Assembly: GCA_034780895.1 (NCBI GenBank)
Contig: JAUZTB010000072.1
Span: 14,968,508-15,032,507 of the forward strand
Source: Rhynchobatus australiae
Lineage: Eukaryota
DNA: 64,000 nt
Direction of reading: 5' to 3'
The notes under the pieces are model-generated. The model was not told the DNA's origin. It ran no database searches and saw nothing but the letters and a program-made list of their open reading frames with translations. The position numbers were made by a program, and so were the translations under genes. Positions 1 through 13,800 of the stretch are shown in pieces (positions within the stretch are counted from its first letter, which is position 1; every line of letters starts with the position of its first letter).

Positions 1-59
1 CCATGGCAGCTTTTGGGCAAGTGTTCTAGTCTTCCTTGTGCCTTGAAGCTCTTTCCTCC

Positions 60-385
60 AGTTGGAAAATCTGGAATTAAGAATTGCCAAGAATAGAATA
101 GAATCAAGAATAAGGGGTCAGTCATATAGGACTGAACTGACATTTCTAAAAACCGAGGGGTATATATCTTTGCAATCCTCTATCCAAGAAGAACTGACTG
201 AGCAATCATTAAGATGTTCCTTCATTGAGTGTATTCAGGGCTGAGTCTGTTAGAATTTTGGGGACAGAGAATATGACAACCTGGTGGCAAAATGGGCTTG
301 AGGCACAGGATTGGCCTTGACCTCATTTGAATAGAGGAACAGGCGAGAGGAGCACGTGGCCTCCTTGTGCTTTTTTTTTCCTTGT
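60..385 (+). mobile_element. CR1-type LINE 3' fragment
   Basis: CR1 3' tail motifs such as gaatagaggaacaggcgagaggagcacgtggcctccttgtgct. Recognised by eye. Confidence 0.55.
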
Positions 386-929
386 TCTTGAGATGAGCAC
401 CTTGCGTCACCCCGAATGACTTGGCTGTAATTTAGGCCTTTCCCTCTTGTTTTAAGCTCTTCCACAAGAGAAAGCAAAGATTTTATTTTTCTCTGAGCAT
501 ATTACCCTTTTTATCATAAACAATTTGAATTGGATCACTCAAGTTCTGTAAAAGGAATAAAATCCTCGTCTGTGCAACCCCTTGTAATTTCAGCAGCTGC
601 TGTTCTTGTAAACCTGCATTGTACCCTTTCAAGACCAGCACTCTTTCCCAAGTGGAGTACTGGAGCAAATGCAGTAGTTCAGTTGGGGTTTAAGCTTTAT
701 AATTCCATAGCATATGCCAAATATGTATGAAGGCTGACATTAGATTAGACTTTGAATTATCAGTTTTGAATTATTTCTGCACCTTGGGCTTTTAAGTGTG
801 TAAGTTTTTCTACAGGGCAAGCTTCTTATTTAGAAGGTAGTCTGCCTTCAATCCGAAGAGGTGACCTCACCTTTCCCATACTTGACAGTTTATCACCATT
901 CAGTTAAACCATCAATGCAACTTCTGCCA

Positions 930-1115
930 ACTGTCAGAAACACTCCCTTCAGCCCACAAAGTCTAAACTGGCCAAGAACCCATTTACTCTATACTATTCC
1001 CATTTTATCATCAGCTCTCCCCACTTACCTACACACTTGGGGCAATTTAGAGGGATCAGTTTAACCTTACCAACCCACAGAGCTTTGGGATGTGGGAGGA
1101 AAGCAGACTGCACCT
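930..1115 (-). mobile_element. V-SINE-like fragment
   Basis: tttgggatgtgggaggaaa is the reverse complement of the tttcctcccaca V-domain also present at ~39115. Confidence 0.55.
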
Positions 1116-3319
1116 CTGACTTGCAGAGAAACTGCAGGAGTTGTGGACTATTGAACTAAGCTGCACTTCTACAGTTGTAGCTATGCACCATCCTCAAAGA
1201 TTAATAAGTTAATGTTTAAGAAAGGTCTTTTATATTTTAATTTGTTTTTATTACTTTTGAAACAATGCAGTTTTTTTCAGGGGACTGATATCAGAAGTTG
1301 AGTCACTTGGAATCTCTGGAATCCTTTCCAATATCTGAAAAAGGCCATTCAGTATCTAAGCCTATTTGTACGGCCTGACAGCTATGTTTTTTGGGAGGAA
1401 TGGTGAGGGGAAGGAGAGTGCCCCAGATTTTCACTCCTTTGTATGACGCAGTCAGGACTTCATCCCTGACTGGCCTAGCGCTCGTTTTGAAGTTGCATCC
1501 CTTATTTTAACCTCTTCTGCCAGAGGAGTAGCTGTGGTACTTGTATAACCTACAAAACTAGACCGCTCAGAATTCAGAGGAACCTTAAAAAAGCTCCATT
1601 TTTGGCCAACATGTCTCCTGTGCCATAAATTTCATACTTTGTGCTCTCGAAAATAACATACTTCTTAAAAAGGAAGATTTCTATGCTGGGAAATGGGAAT
1701 AATTTCAACATCACCCAGTCTGCAGTGAAGCTGACCCATGATCTTGATGCTGAGTAGACCTTCCTCATTGGTTCAGCAATACACCTAAACCAGAATCTTA
1801 GACTAGCACAGCCCATTGAACTGTGAAGTTTTCTCACTTCTGTGTTCACTGTGCAGTTGCCAGTCTGTGCTGAATTTTACTTGTGATGTTGGCTTCATTT
1901 GCCAGAAGCTTGACTGGCACTGCTTGTTCATTGAACACAAAGACAGGTAACAAGCAGTTAGGAAAATGCTTGTCTCATTAATCTGTTCAGAATTTGAAGA
2001 CTGGTTGCAGGCGTGAAGTTAGTGAGGCAATTTGCTGTGTTCATGGAATCGTACATTTCTGGCACATTGTGTCATGGCAGCAATGTAGAGCTGTTTAGGC
2101 TAATCCCACTATCTAGTTCTCAACCCTTTGCCTGATGGATTACAAGTTAAATGTAATGAGATTTTTGCCTCCTATCATTAGTTAAATTTTGAAGACTGTT
2201 TGTTGTAAAAGTGCAAGTGCATTTCTTTATCTAGTGGACTAACAATTTGGTCAAAGTTGCTCATAATGACAAATATTTAACTCATTGCGAATGATAATGT
2301 GGAGATTGGGCAAGATTTTCCCCACGGTGTCAATTTAATTCTGAAATGTGAATCGCAGTGACTGCATTTAAAAACTACATTTTGGGATTCCAAGGTCATT
2401 GGAATTGAGATGCAGCAATTTCATATTACAGATTTAAATAATATTTCACTCTAAATTGGCTCTCTCTACCCTAAAAATGTTTCCAGTGAATAATTTTCAA
2501 GATACTTTCAAAACAATTACAAGGAAAAGGAATCTCGTTATGACCGTGACCATTACAGTCTCTGCAGATTTTTAGATGTGAGTAATTGTAATGAGCAACT
2601 ACTCTACTCTGGGAAAGTGTTCATAAGCACAGCTTGTTTATCTCCTTGGAATCAATACAACAATTCATAGATCTGCTTAGTTACCATAATGTGTTCTTAG
2701 CAATTTCAGTTTGGGGACATTTAATTTGTTTCCCCAGTATTGAGATGACATATCCTTTCCCCAGCAGTTGCTGTTATGTCACATCTAATCTGGCTACCAG
2801 GAGGGTCCTCAGTGCCTGAGAGATGATTGCTCAGTTACTCATAATTAAGGCATCTGTAGAGAGTTGCCTAGTGAATGGCCTATGATTGGCTGTTTCTGGT
2901 ACTCTCCTGATATGAGTGAGATGGAAATCTGCGCTGGAGAAAGGCTGTGCCAGAAGCTCAGGTCAATGAGCAGTTTGTAGTTATTGTGGAAAGTATTTAA
3001 TAAGAAAAGCATGGTGAAGAATTTATTACTTTCGTGATAAACTCCTAATAAGGTTTTGCCTGTTTGAGTTCTGATATTGAGAGGACAGGGGTACCTGATG
3101 GGTTAATTTTTTAAAATTTATGTTGAGTTACAAGTGTAATCTTAAGATGCACTTTTTGTATCTTCCCTGCATTGGCAAGCAGTGCATTTGTCTGCTGTTT
3201 TCACTGTACTACATTTTATTGCTTTGGTTGAAACCCTAATGTTAACCCAGCACTGAGCAGTGGTGATATTGGAGTGCAGGAACCCTAAATGATTGCTCAG
3301 AAATTTGATTTTTTTTTTG

Positions 3320-5153
3320 ATTCAAAGGCACCTCATGCAGCATCCTACATCCGACACTCTGGCACCTGACATCTCAATGTATCAACGCAGTTCATTTTCC
3401 AGTAACTGGATTCAATATTGTGGCATGCGCAGGCACCTTCATGTACCAAGTCAGTGAGTGGTACTGCTAGTGGTCCTTGCTACTCCTGTCATCTGAGTTG
3501 TGTTTAGCATGATTGCACTCCCTTATTAAGATATATCAGCACACAGCACATGCCACCTATTAAGGTTTCAAATCAACTGCTGAGTAAAGTGGAGAAACAT
3601 AAGTGGGTAGTGCTGGCACTTGATAAGATTGACAAGGGAAGTGAAGGGAGAAGATCGAAGCATTTTGATGAAGGAATACGATATGGACTCTGCCATCTAT
3701 GACATCAAAGGCAGAGAAAAAAATGTCTATACAAATTTGGAGAAGTATTTTTAAATGGTTTGCACTCAGATGTTCTGAGGGTGTGAAAATCTGAACCAGT
3801 GCTCATTGAAAGGCAAAGATTTTATGATCAGGTGAATCTAACTGGACAACGTGCATTTTCTGATGGCTGGCTTTCCCATTTCAAACTTCATCATGGAATA
3901 AGCTGACTGGATGTACTGAGCAAATTGGCAGACCACGTAGCAGCAGAGGAATATTGCCAGGACGTCAATAAATTAATGATGGAACACGTTTTGTTACCAG
4001 TTCAGCTATGCCATGTGGGGAAAAAGAACTAGTCCAATTTGGCAATGTATGCTGCCTCCTTGGTGAAACAAATGCTACCGGATTTAGCAAAGCAAGGGCC
4101 AAGTGTCTGTTCCAACCTGTGCTAATGCCACAGGAGCACATGGTGAAACTTTGTTTGGTAAATAGAAGCATCCTAGAGCTTTCAAAGAAGTGAAGCATTT
4201 ACCAGTGGAATACAAAACTCAAAGCAATCCAAGGATGGATGAAGAATATTATTAGTTCATCTAATTTCTACTTGCTTAAAGAACACTTTTTTGAAGATGC
4301 GATGGTGCATCCTTCCTTGCCTGTTGCAGTTGGTTTCTGAGAATATATTTATCGTGTCTCCTAGTGTGACATCTTTGATCCCACCCTTGGGCCAAAGTAT
4401 TCAAAACATGAAATGTTTTTGTAGGGGAAAGTAAATTCAGGATGCTGTTAAATCATGGTGGCACTATTTGAGATGTCCAGACCCCTTACAGCACCAAAAT
4501 GCAATTTTGAATAATGCAAGGGATTCATTAGAAATGTGACTTACGAACTTAGAGAAAATTGTAGTCCACTGATGTTTGCTGAAGCATCTCCTGATTGAAG
4601 AGTTTGAAGACTAATATTTGACAGTGAAAATCAACCATAGCAGAAATTGTTAACATGGTAAAACATGTTCCCTTCACAGCCCTCTGTGATGCAAATGTTN
4701 NNNNNNNNNNNNNNNNNNNNNNNNNGGCAAAGATGAGTGATGCAGAAATTATGGTGTAATACATTCCAGGAAGCTGAAAAATGATGGACTTTGAAGAAAA
4801 TCATGTTAAAGAAGAGAGAAGCTGGGCTAGTGCTCCTTCATAGTTTAATACAATTGTTGAATTTGCAGAAACACGGCCTTAGGTATTCGGCACAGGAAGT
4901 TATGCAGCTGCATACTTTGCACTCTGGTGAAAAAAGGGCAAGAGTCAACTAAGGCTGATAGCTGAGAGTTATTCAGGAGAGCTTCTAGGGTTCCAGATGA
5001 TCCAAGCAAGTACAATAAGATCCAAGTATATGCAACGAGACCCAAAGGAAGTGCAAGTTGAGCCTCTGTCATCTTCCTTAGATGTCTGATTAACTAGCAC
5101 ATTTGCTTGACTGGCACAAGTCTTGTGCATGCTGGATACCAAGGCTTTTACTG
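3320..5153 (+). mobile_element. Decayed Tigger/pogo (Tc1-mariner) DNA transposon in SSU72 intron 2
   Basis: Frameshifted transposase motifs occur in the expected order: LMKEYDMDSAIYDIK (psq HTH, ~3665), FSDGWLSHFKLHHGI (CENP-B HTH, ~3856), CANATG...KHPRAFKEVKHLPVEYK (~4120-4220) and PSVTSLIPPLGQSIQNMK (~4360, compare PNVTSLIQPxDQGII). A TIR-like end GGATACCAAGGCTTTTACTG is at 5134-5153. The left boundary is approximate. Confidence 0.8.
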
Positions 5154-5319
5154 AACCAAACTACATTTCCAGGTTTGTGACATATTCCACTGCTAATGTG
5201 GAGTTTTTGATCTAAAGTACAGAGTTTATGTTTGGGTGGATTAATCCCACCTGTGTAATAGCTCAAAATGCCTGTGCATGCACTGAATGTACAAGGCTTC
5301 CTCCTCTCTGACACCAAGA

Positions 5320-5870
5320 CAACCTATTCCACCTCCATAATATTGCCCATTTTTGCCTATCACTGCCCATATGATAAAATCCTTATCTGTGCTCTGATTA
5401 CATTCCAGACAAAACGTCCAAACTTCTTAGCCAGCTGGTGATTTTCAACCCTTCATAAAATTAAGAGATGTCTATCCTGACTCTCGCCCTGTTGTGGCAT
5501 CCTCCCTGTGTTCCTTGACCTTTTATTGGTTCATAATACAAATTGCTTAAATTCCCATCCACGTTCAAAACCATTGAAGACTAACCTGTACCCCAGCCCC
5601 AATTTCTGTAGCAATTGCAACTCTTAGAATTCTCCATTCTGCAGCCCATCACTGGCTGGGCTTTTAGCTTTAAGGCCCTTCAGCACTGGAATATTCTCCT
5701 CAATCTCCTCTTACCCCCACCCCCACCTCAGGCATGATGTAAACCCTCTCTGTCAAACCTTTGGTCACTAGTGATCTTCTCTGACTCAATTTGTGAGTCT
5801 ACTCCTGTGGCATGCCTTGGGATATCTTACTGCCTTAAAGATGCTTTATAATTACAAGTTATTGTCAAAA
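5320..5870 (+). mobile_element. L2-like LINE 3' fragment (similar fragments at ~27550-27965 and ~50140-50600)
   Basis: Pyrimidine-rich, with recurrent motifs (caaacctttggtcac; a gatgctttataattacaagttattgt tail). Family assigned by recall. Confidence 0.45.
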
Positions 5871-7529
5871 GTCTTTTACGTGATCACTGAATAACTGAAA
5901 TGTCAGGCCACTGAGATTTTCTAGTTTAAGTACAGAAAGAACTCTGGCAGCATTGCTGGTTAATGTACTGGTCTCTGGAGATGGATGACCTTACAACCTT
6001 TGTGCAGGTGAGCTTGCTTCCCACTCAGCCCTAGTTCAGAAGCTGAAAGTGTTTTGGCCTCTCCTGCACCTCAACTTTTGCATGTCTCCACCTGTTTCTG
6101 TGTGTGCATGTTATTTTCCCAGCCCCATCTCTTTCCAATGACTGTGTACCATTCCTGAATCCCTCATACAATAGCACATGCAGGCACTTGCTTTGAGGTG
6201 ACTGTGTCTATATGTACAATTATTTCCCCTTCCTCTATTCTCAAAACTGTGGTCCTTCCAGACAGTTAAGGCTAAAATCTTGAGGGTTAAGGTTTCCAGT
6301 ATGTGTTGCAGTGCCACATTTTTACCTCAATTAATTCTTAGTGATCTTCTGGCATTAGACTTGACCTGCTGTGGAAAATGGCATTGCGACTTGGTTCCGA
6401 ACCATAATCATTAATTCTCTATTTCCTTCCGGTGGAAACAGTTTCCCTTATGCCTCTGTCAACCCTCTTCCATCTTTCTGCCTGCTTCTCACTAAGCACC
6501 AAGGGGAGCTATACCCTACTTCCTGCCACAGTTGACTGACCTATTCAGTATGGATCAGATGGTGAAGTGGCCTTGTAGGTTATGTGATGCCATATTGGGT
6601 TTGCACTTACAACTTTACACAAGGTCAGGTACAGAGGAGACCAATGAGATGTTTTGGAATGAATAATCTTGGAACAGTACTTTGAGGGGAGGTTTAATTG
6701 AGGCATGTAAAGTGGCTGAGACGAGTGCAAGATGAAAATCTAGACAGCTTGAATTCAAGGTAACCAATAGAAGGAAAATAGTTTTATTACACAGAATATT
6801 GGGGGATGAAACTGTCCAAAAGGGTGCTGGAAAACAAGAGCTGTAATCATTTTAAAAAGTACTTGGATGAGTCCTTTTGCCATGACCACAAGTTAAGAAC
6901 TGGGATTTTCCATTTATTTGTACAAGGGCTGTGGAAGGTGCTAGCAATTTTATAGCCCATTGTTAATTGATAATGGCTAATGAACTGAGTTAAAATTCAA
7001 CTAATGTGGACTGGGAGTTATCTTGCCTGCCAGGATATGATGGGCAGAACAGCTACCTTTTTGTGATTCTACCCTCCAGCTATCTGAAGGAAACATCAGT
7101 TTTACTGACATTGAATACAAAACTTCATTGAACAGTTTATCAGTTTCTACATGTGTTTTTCATTTAGTAAAATTCCAGATGTATATTGTGGTTTCTGAGT
7201 CTGGAATTCTAGTAAATGAAATTTGCTTAATCAAAATGGCTGGCAGCACAAAATGGGTCTCCTGTTCAAAGAATTTTGATGTAGACAACTACAGCATTAT
7301 ACCTGTTGCCTTTAAAGTACAATTAAATCTGTGGGATCATATTTCACTTGCAAACTTTACCTGCACACAGCACAATCTGTTGAGTGATTGTTTCAAAATG
7401 AGTTGGTGCCAAATGTTTAATTATTGAACTAAAAATTATACACAGCCAAAACATTCCCATTTAAAAATCTAAGCTAACAAACAAGGCTTGGAAGCATTTG
7501 CTATTTAAATGTTTACAAATGTTTTTGTA

Positions 7530-7935
7530 TCACAATAGAGTAAGATGATGGAGGATGCAGCTTCCATCTCTCTTGACTGTTGCAAATTAAAACATTCATC
7601 ATGTCACCAAAAGAGATCCTGTGAAGATGTTTCCCCCTCTTGGGATGTGGGGAGGAGGTTTCTGAAACAGGGTATGGGTAGACTTGGTTTCAGGAAAAGG
7701 GTTTGTCGTTTTAATAGTGAGATGAGGAGTAATTTCTTGGTCATGAGTCTCTGGAATTCCCTGTCAAATTGAGCTGTGAATGTTGAGTCATTTAATGCAA
7801 TCAAATCTGAGGGCTTTGGATTATAGGGAAGAAGCAGAAAACTGGAGTTAAGGCAAAGGTCTGAGCTAAAATTTATTGAATGGCACAGCAGGCTTGAGAT
7901 GTATGGTCTACCTTTCCTCCTATTGCTATTGTTCT
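7530..7935 (+). mobile_element. CR1 LINE 3' end
   Basis: Contains an RSNFLVMSLWNSL motif (compare CR1 RRNFFSQRVVNLWNSLP) and the tail attgaatggcacagcaggcttgag...cctattgct. Confidence 0.7.
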
Positions 7936-9489
7936 TCATCGTTACTACTTCCCTCTCCCCATTGCACTATCCTAGTGCCCATTACTCTCTGTAAATAAGA
8001 TTCAACATTTAGCTTCAAAGTTAAACCTCCCATCAGTAACTTTGGTTTTGCGTAGTTGACTTTTCCAGCTTTCAGTTGACTAAGTTTTGTGGCACAGCTT
8101 TAAGATTGCTTCCATGAGTCTCTATCTGAGAGAATAATGCTACCTACCCCAGTCTCTGTACAACAGTCTTCTGGTGTAGTTGTAGGCTGGCGATTTACTG
8201 GACTTACTTTGCTAAATCATGTTCCCTGATGAAATGTGAAGGATTATGTCACGGTGACTGCCTGCAGCCCACAAATGTGGCTTTTATGTAACAGCCAATT
8301 TAATTGCCAGTTTGCCCAGCATTCAAAGTTGTGTGGCAAACTGTAGCAGTGTTCAGCAATCCTGTAAATATCCTTCACCTTTGCTTAAAGTGAAATTCCA
8401 GTTGATATATATATCACCTGAATGCAAATTAACTCTCCTGTCCATATGTAATGAATTGGGTGTGCCTTTTTTTACAGCCACAGATATGCAGAAATGTTAT
8501 TTGTATGCTGAGATTTCAGAATTTTAAACACATTCACGTATCCTCCCTGCAAGTAACTTGAAATTCTTAACTACTGTGTGTGCACTGCTGAAGGTTAAAT
8601 GCTCATTTAGAAACTTTCCAATGAAGCTTGAATTTAGCTTTCAGCTACTGCTATCTTTTTTCTCTTGCTTTCTACTCCTGAGTGTGTGTGTTTGTCTTTT
8701 GTCTAAAATGTGTCTCTCCCATCCATTTTGAAGTGTTTGGCATACCAATGTACTCAACTGTGTCACCAGCTGCCCACAACCTTGCCGTTTGCTATCTTCC
8801 CTTTGATGTCAGCAGCTATTTCTTTCAGGAGTCTCCATACTTTAAAGTCATTTAATGTATTTGGAGAAAGAATAAATCTTGCAAATGATTGCTGGCTTTA
8901 CCACTGTTGATGTCTTGCCAATCTGGAAAGCATCCATTCATTACTTTCCAGACTGCCATCGAGCCATGCTACTGGTTTATCTTAAATACCATTGGCCTGA
9001 GTTTTCATGAGGTCTTGTATTTGGTATACATATTTAAACACTTAAATCTTCCCACATCCGTTGCATTCTGTGTGTACGCACAGTTTGAAGAATTTAATTC
9101 TACTGTGCAGTCATTACCCATTACAAATCCACACAGAGGAGGAAATGGGGACATTCTGTCACTTAAATTGCTGATCTTTTGGTTCTCCATTTGCCATAAC
9201 ACCCTGTAAGTGGCCTGTTACTTTAGCTCAATCATTCCCTTTCTCGCCCTTTCCAAAGCTGACCATTCTGAAATATGTCATAATGTGCAACTCCTCCCCA
9301 GCTCCCCAATTCCATCATCAAAATGAGTTGGTTTTTGCATTACGTTTGCTGTACCCATTTTGGCCTAATCTTTCCAAGTCATCAGCAGCAATTGCAAACA
9401 GTTCAGAGTTGGTGAGATAGTCACCTCCCTCTTGCAGATTCCTTTGTCAAATTCCACCGGTCGGTTTCCCTCAAGATTTTTGCTGACCC

Positions 9490-9692
9490 TTTTTTTCTCT
9501 CTCTCTCTTTCTCTTTCTCTCTCTCTCATCTATCTAAANNNNNNNNNNNNNNNNNNNNNNNNNNNNNNNNNNNNNNNNNNNNNNNNNNNNNNNNNNNNNN
9601 NNNNNNNNNNNNNNNNNNNNNNNNNNNNNNNNNNNNNNTGACCCTTTTTTTCTCTCTCTCTCTTTCTCTTTCTCTCTCTCTCATCTCTCTCA
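9490..9692 (+). repeat. (CT)n-type microsatellite on both sides of an assembly gap
   Basis: tctctctctctttctctttctctctctctcatc is repeated on both flanks of the N-run. Confidence 0.8.
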
Positions 9693-10479
9693 ACATGAGT
9701 TACAGTCAATGCCCTCTAAATGTTTTATGACTGTGCCATCTGTAGCCAGAATTGTTATCCATTGATATGAACCCATTGCAGAGTGTGCTCACTCATTCTG
9801 TAAACCAGTGACCAATTCAACTGCCACTATTCATTTGTTACCAAACTAACATCACTGCAGCAATATTTCTGCATTATCTACAAATTTTTAATATTTGATT
9901 TGGAGACCAGAATGAACATCTGTCCTCTTTCAATAAAAACCCATTCCAGAGAAACCCCACCTTTTATACTTCATTTAGTCTAATATCGAGTCCATGGTCA
10001 GTTTTCTCTCCCATTGCTGATAACTTTCAAATCAATTATATTTGGCTTCCAGTTCCATGCCAGCTGAAGCCAAGTTTGTCATTTCCATGAGTCAATCTTT
10101 CCCCGTGGTAACAAGTCCTTTATTTTTGGTACATTCTTCCATTCTATTGTATTTTCAGAATTGTTATTACTCTCCTCCTGACCTTATCAAGCAGGTTCAA
10201 TCTTTTCATCCTCTTTCCCCGCCCCCCCCCACCCCACTTCTCAATGCAAATCTATCCATTCTGTCCTGCACCGGTGTGATATGAGTGGAATCTTTCTATG
10301 TATTCTCTGTCGAGTTTGTGGATATATTTCAGTATGTTTGTTCTTAACGTAAGGAGTTTGAGTCAGAAATCGTGGCAGATAAAAGGAATTTGGTCTGTCC
10401 AAAGAAACTTCATATCTACCTGCAGTTTACCATCTCGTATCAAGCAAGCAGTTAACTATGAGTGGGGAGAATGGACTGG

Positions 10480-10855
10480 TTCTCTTCTGAAAGGTTGAGG
10501 AGGGAACTGAGAAGGCTCTTTGATACATTTTTTATCAAGTGGATTCAGAGAATGTTGTTATTTGTGGGGAAAAGCATAACTGGAGCCCATCAATATAAGA
10601 TAATCAGCAAGAAATCAAGTAGGAAATTCCAAAGGAACTTCCTTATCCAAAGCATGGTGAGAATGTAGAACTCACCAGCACAGGAACTCTTTGTAGCAAA
10701 TGGTATGGATGCATTTGTAAGGAAGCTAGAGAAGGATACAAGGGCGATTAGTTTTGGTAGAGTTAATTGAGGAAAGGTGAGACTGGCCTTGAGTGGAGCA
10801 TAAGTGCTGGCATCCAATTGGTTTAGCAGAATAACCTGCTTTTGCTGTATGTCTT
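10480..10855 (+). mobile_element. CR1 LINE 3' fragment
   Basis: aggaacttccttatccaaagcatggtgagaatgtagaactc matches the CR1 C-terminal RNFFxQRVVxxWNxLP region. Confidence 0.6.
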
Positions 10856-13800
10856 AATATGCAGGCCAAGCAAACTAGTCTGGGAGCATTGTGGCTTTAA
10901 CAAATTGAAACTCTGCTTTAACTCTTGCATCTTAATGCAGTTTGATGTCTAAATGGAAAATAGGAATGTGAATGATAATGACCCAGAGACCATCTACTCA
11001 CTCTGGATAGGTAGTATTTTTTTTGATGAAGCAGAGTTAATCAAGCTTGAATTGATGTTATGGTCCAATGGAACTGTCTTTTTGGAGTCCTGGAGCAGTG
11101 TTACCACTTGCGTTGTGGCCCAATTGCACTGATGTATTTGCACGTTAAGGTAGAGAAACTGAAATGTATATCACCAAGTGCAGTAATAATTGGCATAAGG
11201 TGAAGGGCACAACTTCAAAATTTGCCAGTGACACAAAACTCAGTGCAGTAAGGTGATGACAGCAGTTGTGATGTAAGCTGGAGGAATGGACAGATGAGAG
11301 TTTTACTGAAGGAATGAAGAGCAGTGATGTGAGCTGAATAGTAACTTAGTGTGAAAGTGGACACATCAGAAGGTATTGGTGTATAAAGCAGAAGCAGATT
11401 AACAAAGCAGCTAATACATTCTTTGTACTTCATAAACAGAGATTAGTGACCTAGCTTTCATCCTCTGCCTCTTGACTCGGCGAGAATCTGGCATTTCCCA
11501 CTCCTGTCTACTGACCCCCCCCCCCCCCCAATGGAAGTCCATGTAGATGTCGAGGGTGGCAAGGTTAGGTTGTCCAATGAGAAACCTAGTCCTCTGGCAA
11601 AGACTTAGAGACTGCATGTACCATGAGAGCTGTCCTCCGCAGCATCAGTGGGCATGGAGGGAAAATAAAACTAAATTTGTCACAAAGGGTGGGTAGCATT
11701 CAATCCCAAACGTAGAATGGATGTCAAACTTGAGTAAGTAAAATACAGTGAGAAACTGATAACCACATTTAAATGCTCTTTGTACGTATTTATGTTGCAC
11801 ACAACTTTGAGTGACACAATTACTTCCTATTCCGGTCTGCATATTGAGTGAGTACTTGAAAAATATTTAACTGAGCATTAATCCTGAACAAAGTTGTCCA
11901 ATAAAATAGAACTGCTCTCAAAGATCTACATGAGGAGAAGAATGTAAGGGAGGAAAACCTCTGCTTGTCCACGATACATGGATTGTAAAGTCCAACCCAC
12001 TTTCTTGCTGAGTTGACTGACTTGGCACAGATCAGAATCTGCTGTCTGTTTTGTGTGGTTGCCCAGTGTACATGGTTTGGAATGGATAAAGTCTATTTGA
12101 TTCTTAAGGTTCTGCTTTCCAAATTTCATACATGGCATCTCACTTCTGGGTTTCTTTTCATGCTCCCTTCCTAATCTCTGAACTCAGCAGTTGCTGCTGA
12201 TGAATATTACACACCAGTGAATGGTTCTTCATGTGAGTGAGGTTTGACAGACAAACGATCTGTGACCCAGAGAGGTTGTTGGAAAAGGTTCTCTGCTCCA
12301 GTTGATCTTCTTAAAGCCCCTTCCCCTTCCTTTCCATTCACCTACTGGCCAACCTGGTTATATTCTGTGGCAAGGATGTTTTCTTCAGTTTGTAGGCCCC
12401 CCTAATTCCCAAGCCTGCCTGTGATTTAAATGCACAGCCAGCACTGGTTTTGTATCTGGATTTCTCCAAACTTGGCCTCTATGCCCAATATTCAAATGAA
12501 AATTAAAGTACAAAATGTTTTTGGAAAAATTGAACTTCTAATGAGACTTCTGTCAGGTCACCAGAGAGCAGTTTCCCATGTTTAATGTGCTCAAGATTTG
12601 AAATGAAAATTACTCAAATATTTGACGAGGCAAGAATGGTGAAGTGCATTCTGTACTGGGTACAAGTTCTGTGTTTAACCAAATGTAGCTAGTCAGAACA
12701 CTGCACTAATTTAATGCAGGCCAGTCAATTGCTATAACCTTTTTGGAACGTTAATGTAAACAGTAGTCTCCTCTGGCTTATCGTGCATTCGTAATAAATG
12801 TTTGAGTTCAGCAGAATGTTTTGGCTGTTTCATTATGACCAAGTTCTCGATGTCTGTTTTGGTTTTAATTTGCATTACCGTTTCCAGACAGCACTGGGTT
12901 TCTGATGGTGCCAAGTTTCTGCTCAGTTCTTCATCCTGTGGTAATTAATTTTATCATGGAGCCAAGAGAAGAAATGAGGTGAGGTCTTGGGGTTGAGAGG
13001 CAACTTGTGGGAATGTTTATCGCACACTGCCACACATGCAGTTTCTACAACCTGACACAGCATTAATGCACAACCTGCAAATCAGCCTTGCTCAAATAAC
13101 CAAACTACTTGGTTCATAAGACTTTGCACATTAATCTTGATCTACCTGCATTTTCCCTTTTCTGATGCTCAGCAAATGTTTCCATACCACTTCAGAGCAA
13201 CGCTCACTCTCCTTGGTATGGATGACGACAATGTTACTGCTCCTCCAATACAATCACCTCACGAGGTAGACTTTCAACTTGATCTTCTTTTCCACTCTCC
13301 TTAAGGCACTGACAATTGACCGGCGACCTTTGCTGTTTGCCCTTCTGTACCTCATTCAGTGACCCTGTAGATATTGATAGGCTGTCTCATTGTGGGGATT
13401 CATAGCCAACACTGTTCAGATTGGCATTGACTGCAAGCCATGGACGTTGAGAGCTGCTGGCTAGCAATGAGCTGTGGGAGCCTCTTGTTTCTGTTTTCAC
13501 CCTCAAAGCTCTGTTCAATTATGGTGTACATAATAGCACATATTATGCACATAGTTCAGGTCATTTAATGCAATAGAGCCTTGGAATTAAACCTGAACAC
13601 TCATGGATGTGGTCTGTTTGCTGTGTGCTCCCTGAAACAGTCCTGTTCTCACCAGGTGATACCGTGCACTGACTCTACCTGAAGTGATCAGTGGTTTTCA
13701 ACAAACTGATTGACTGGACCAGGCAAAAGTGTGAAGCTACATCCTAAATGCTTTGGCAGTGAATGTACTTGCCTTTTTGGCCACCCCAATATTAGTTATT

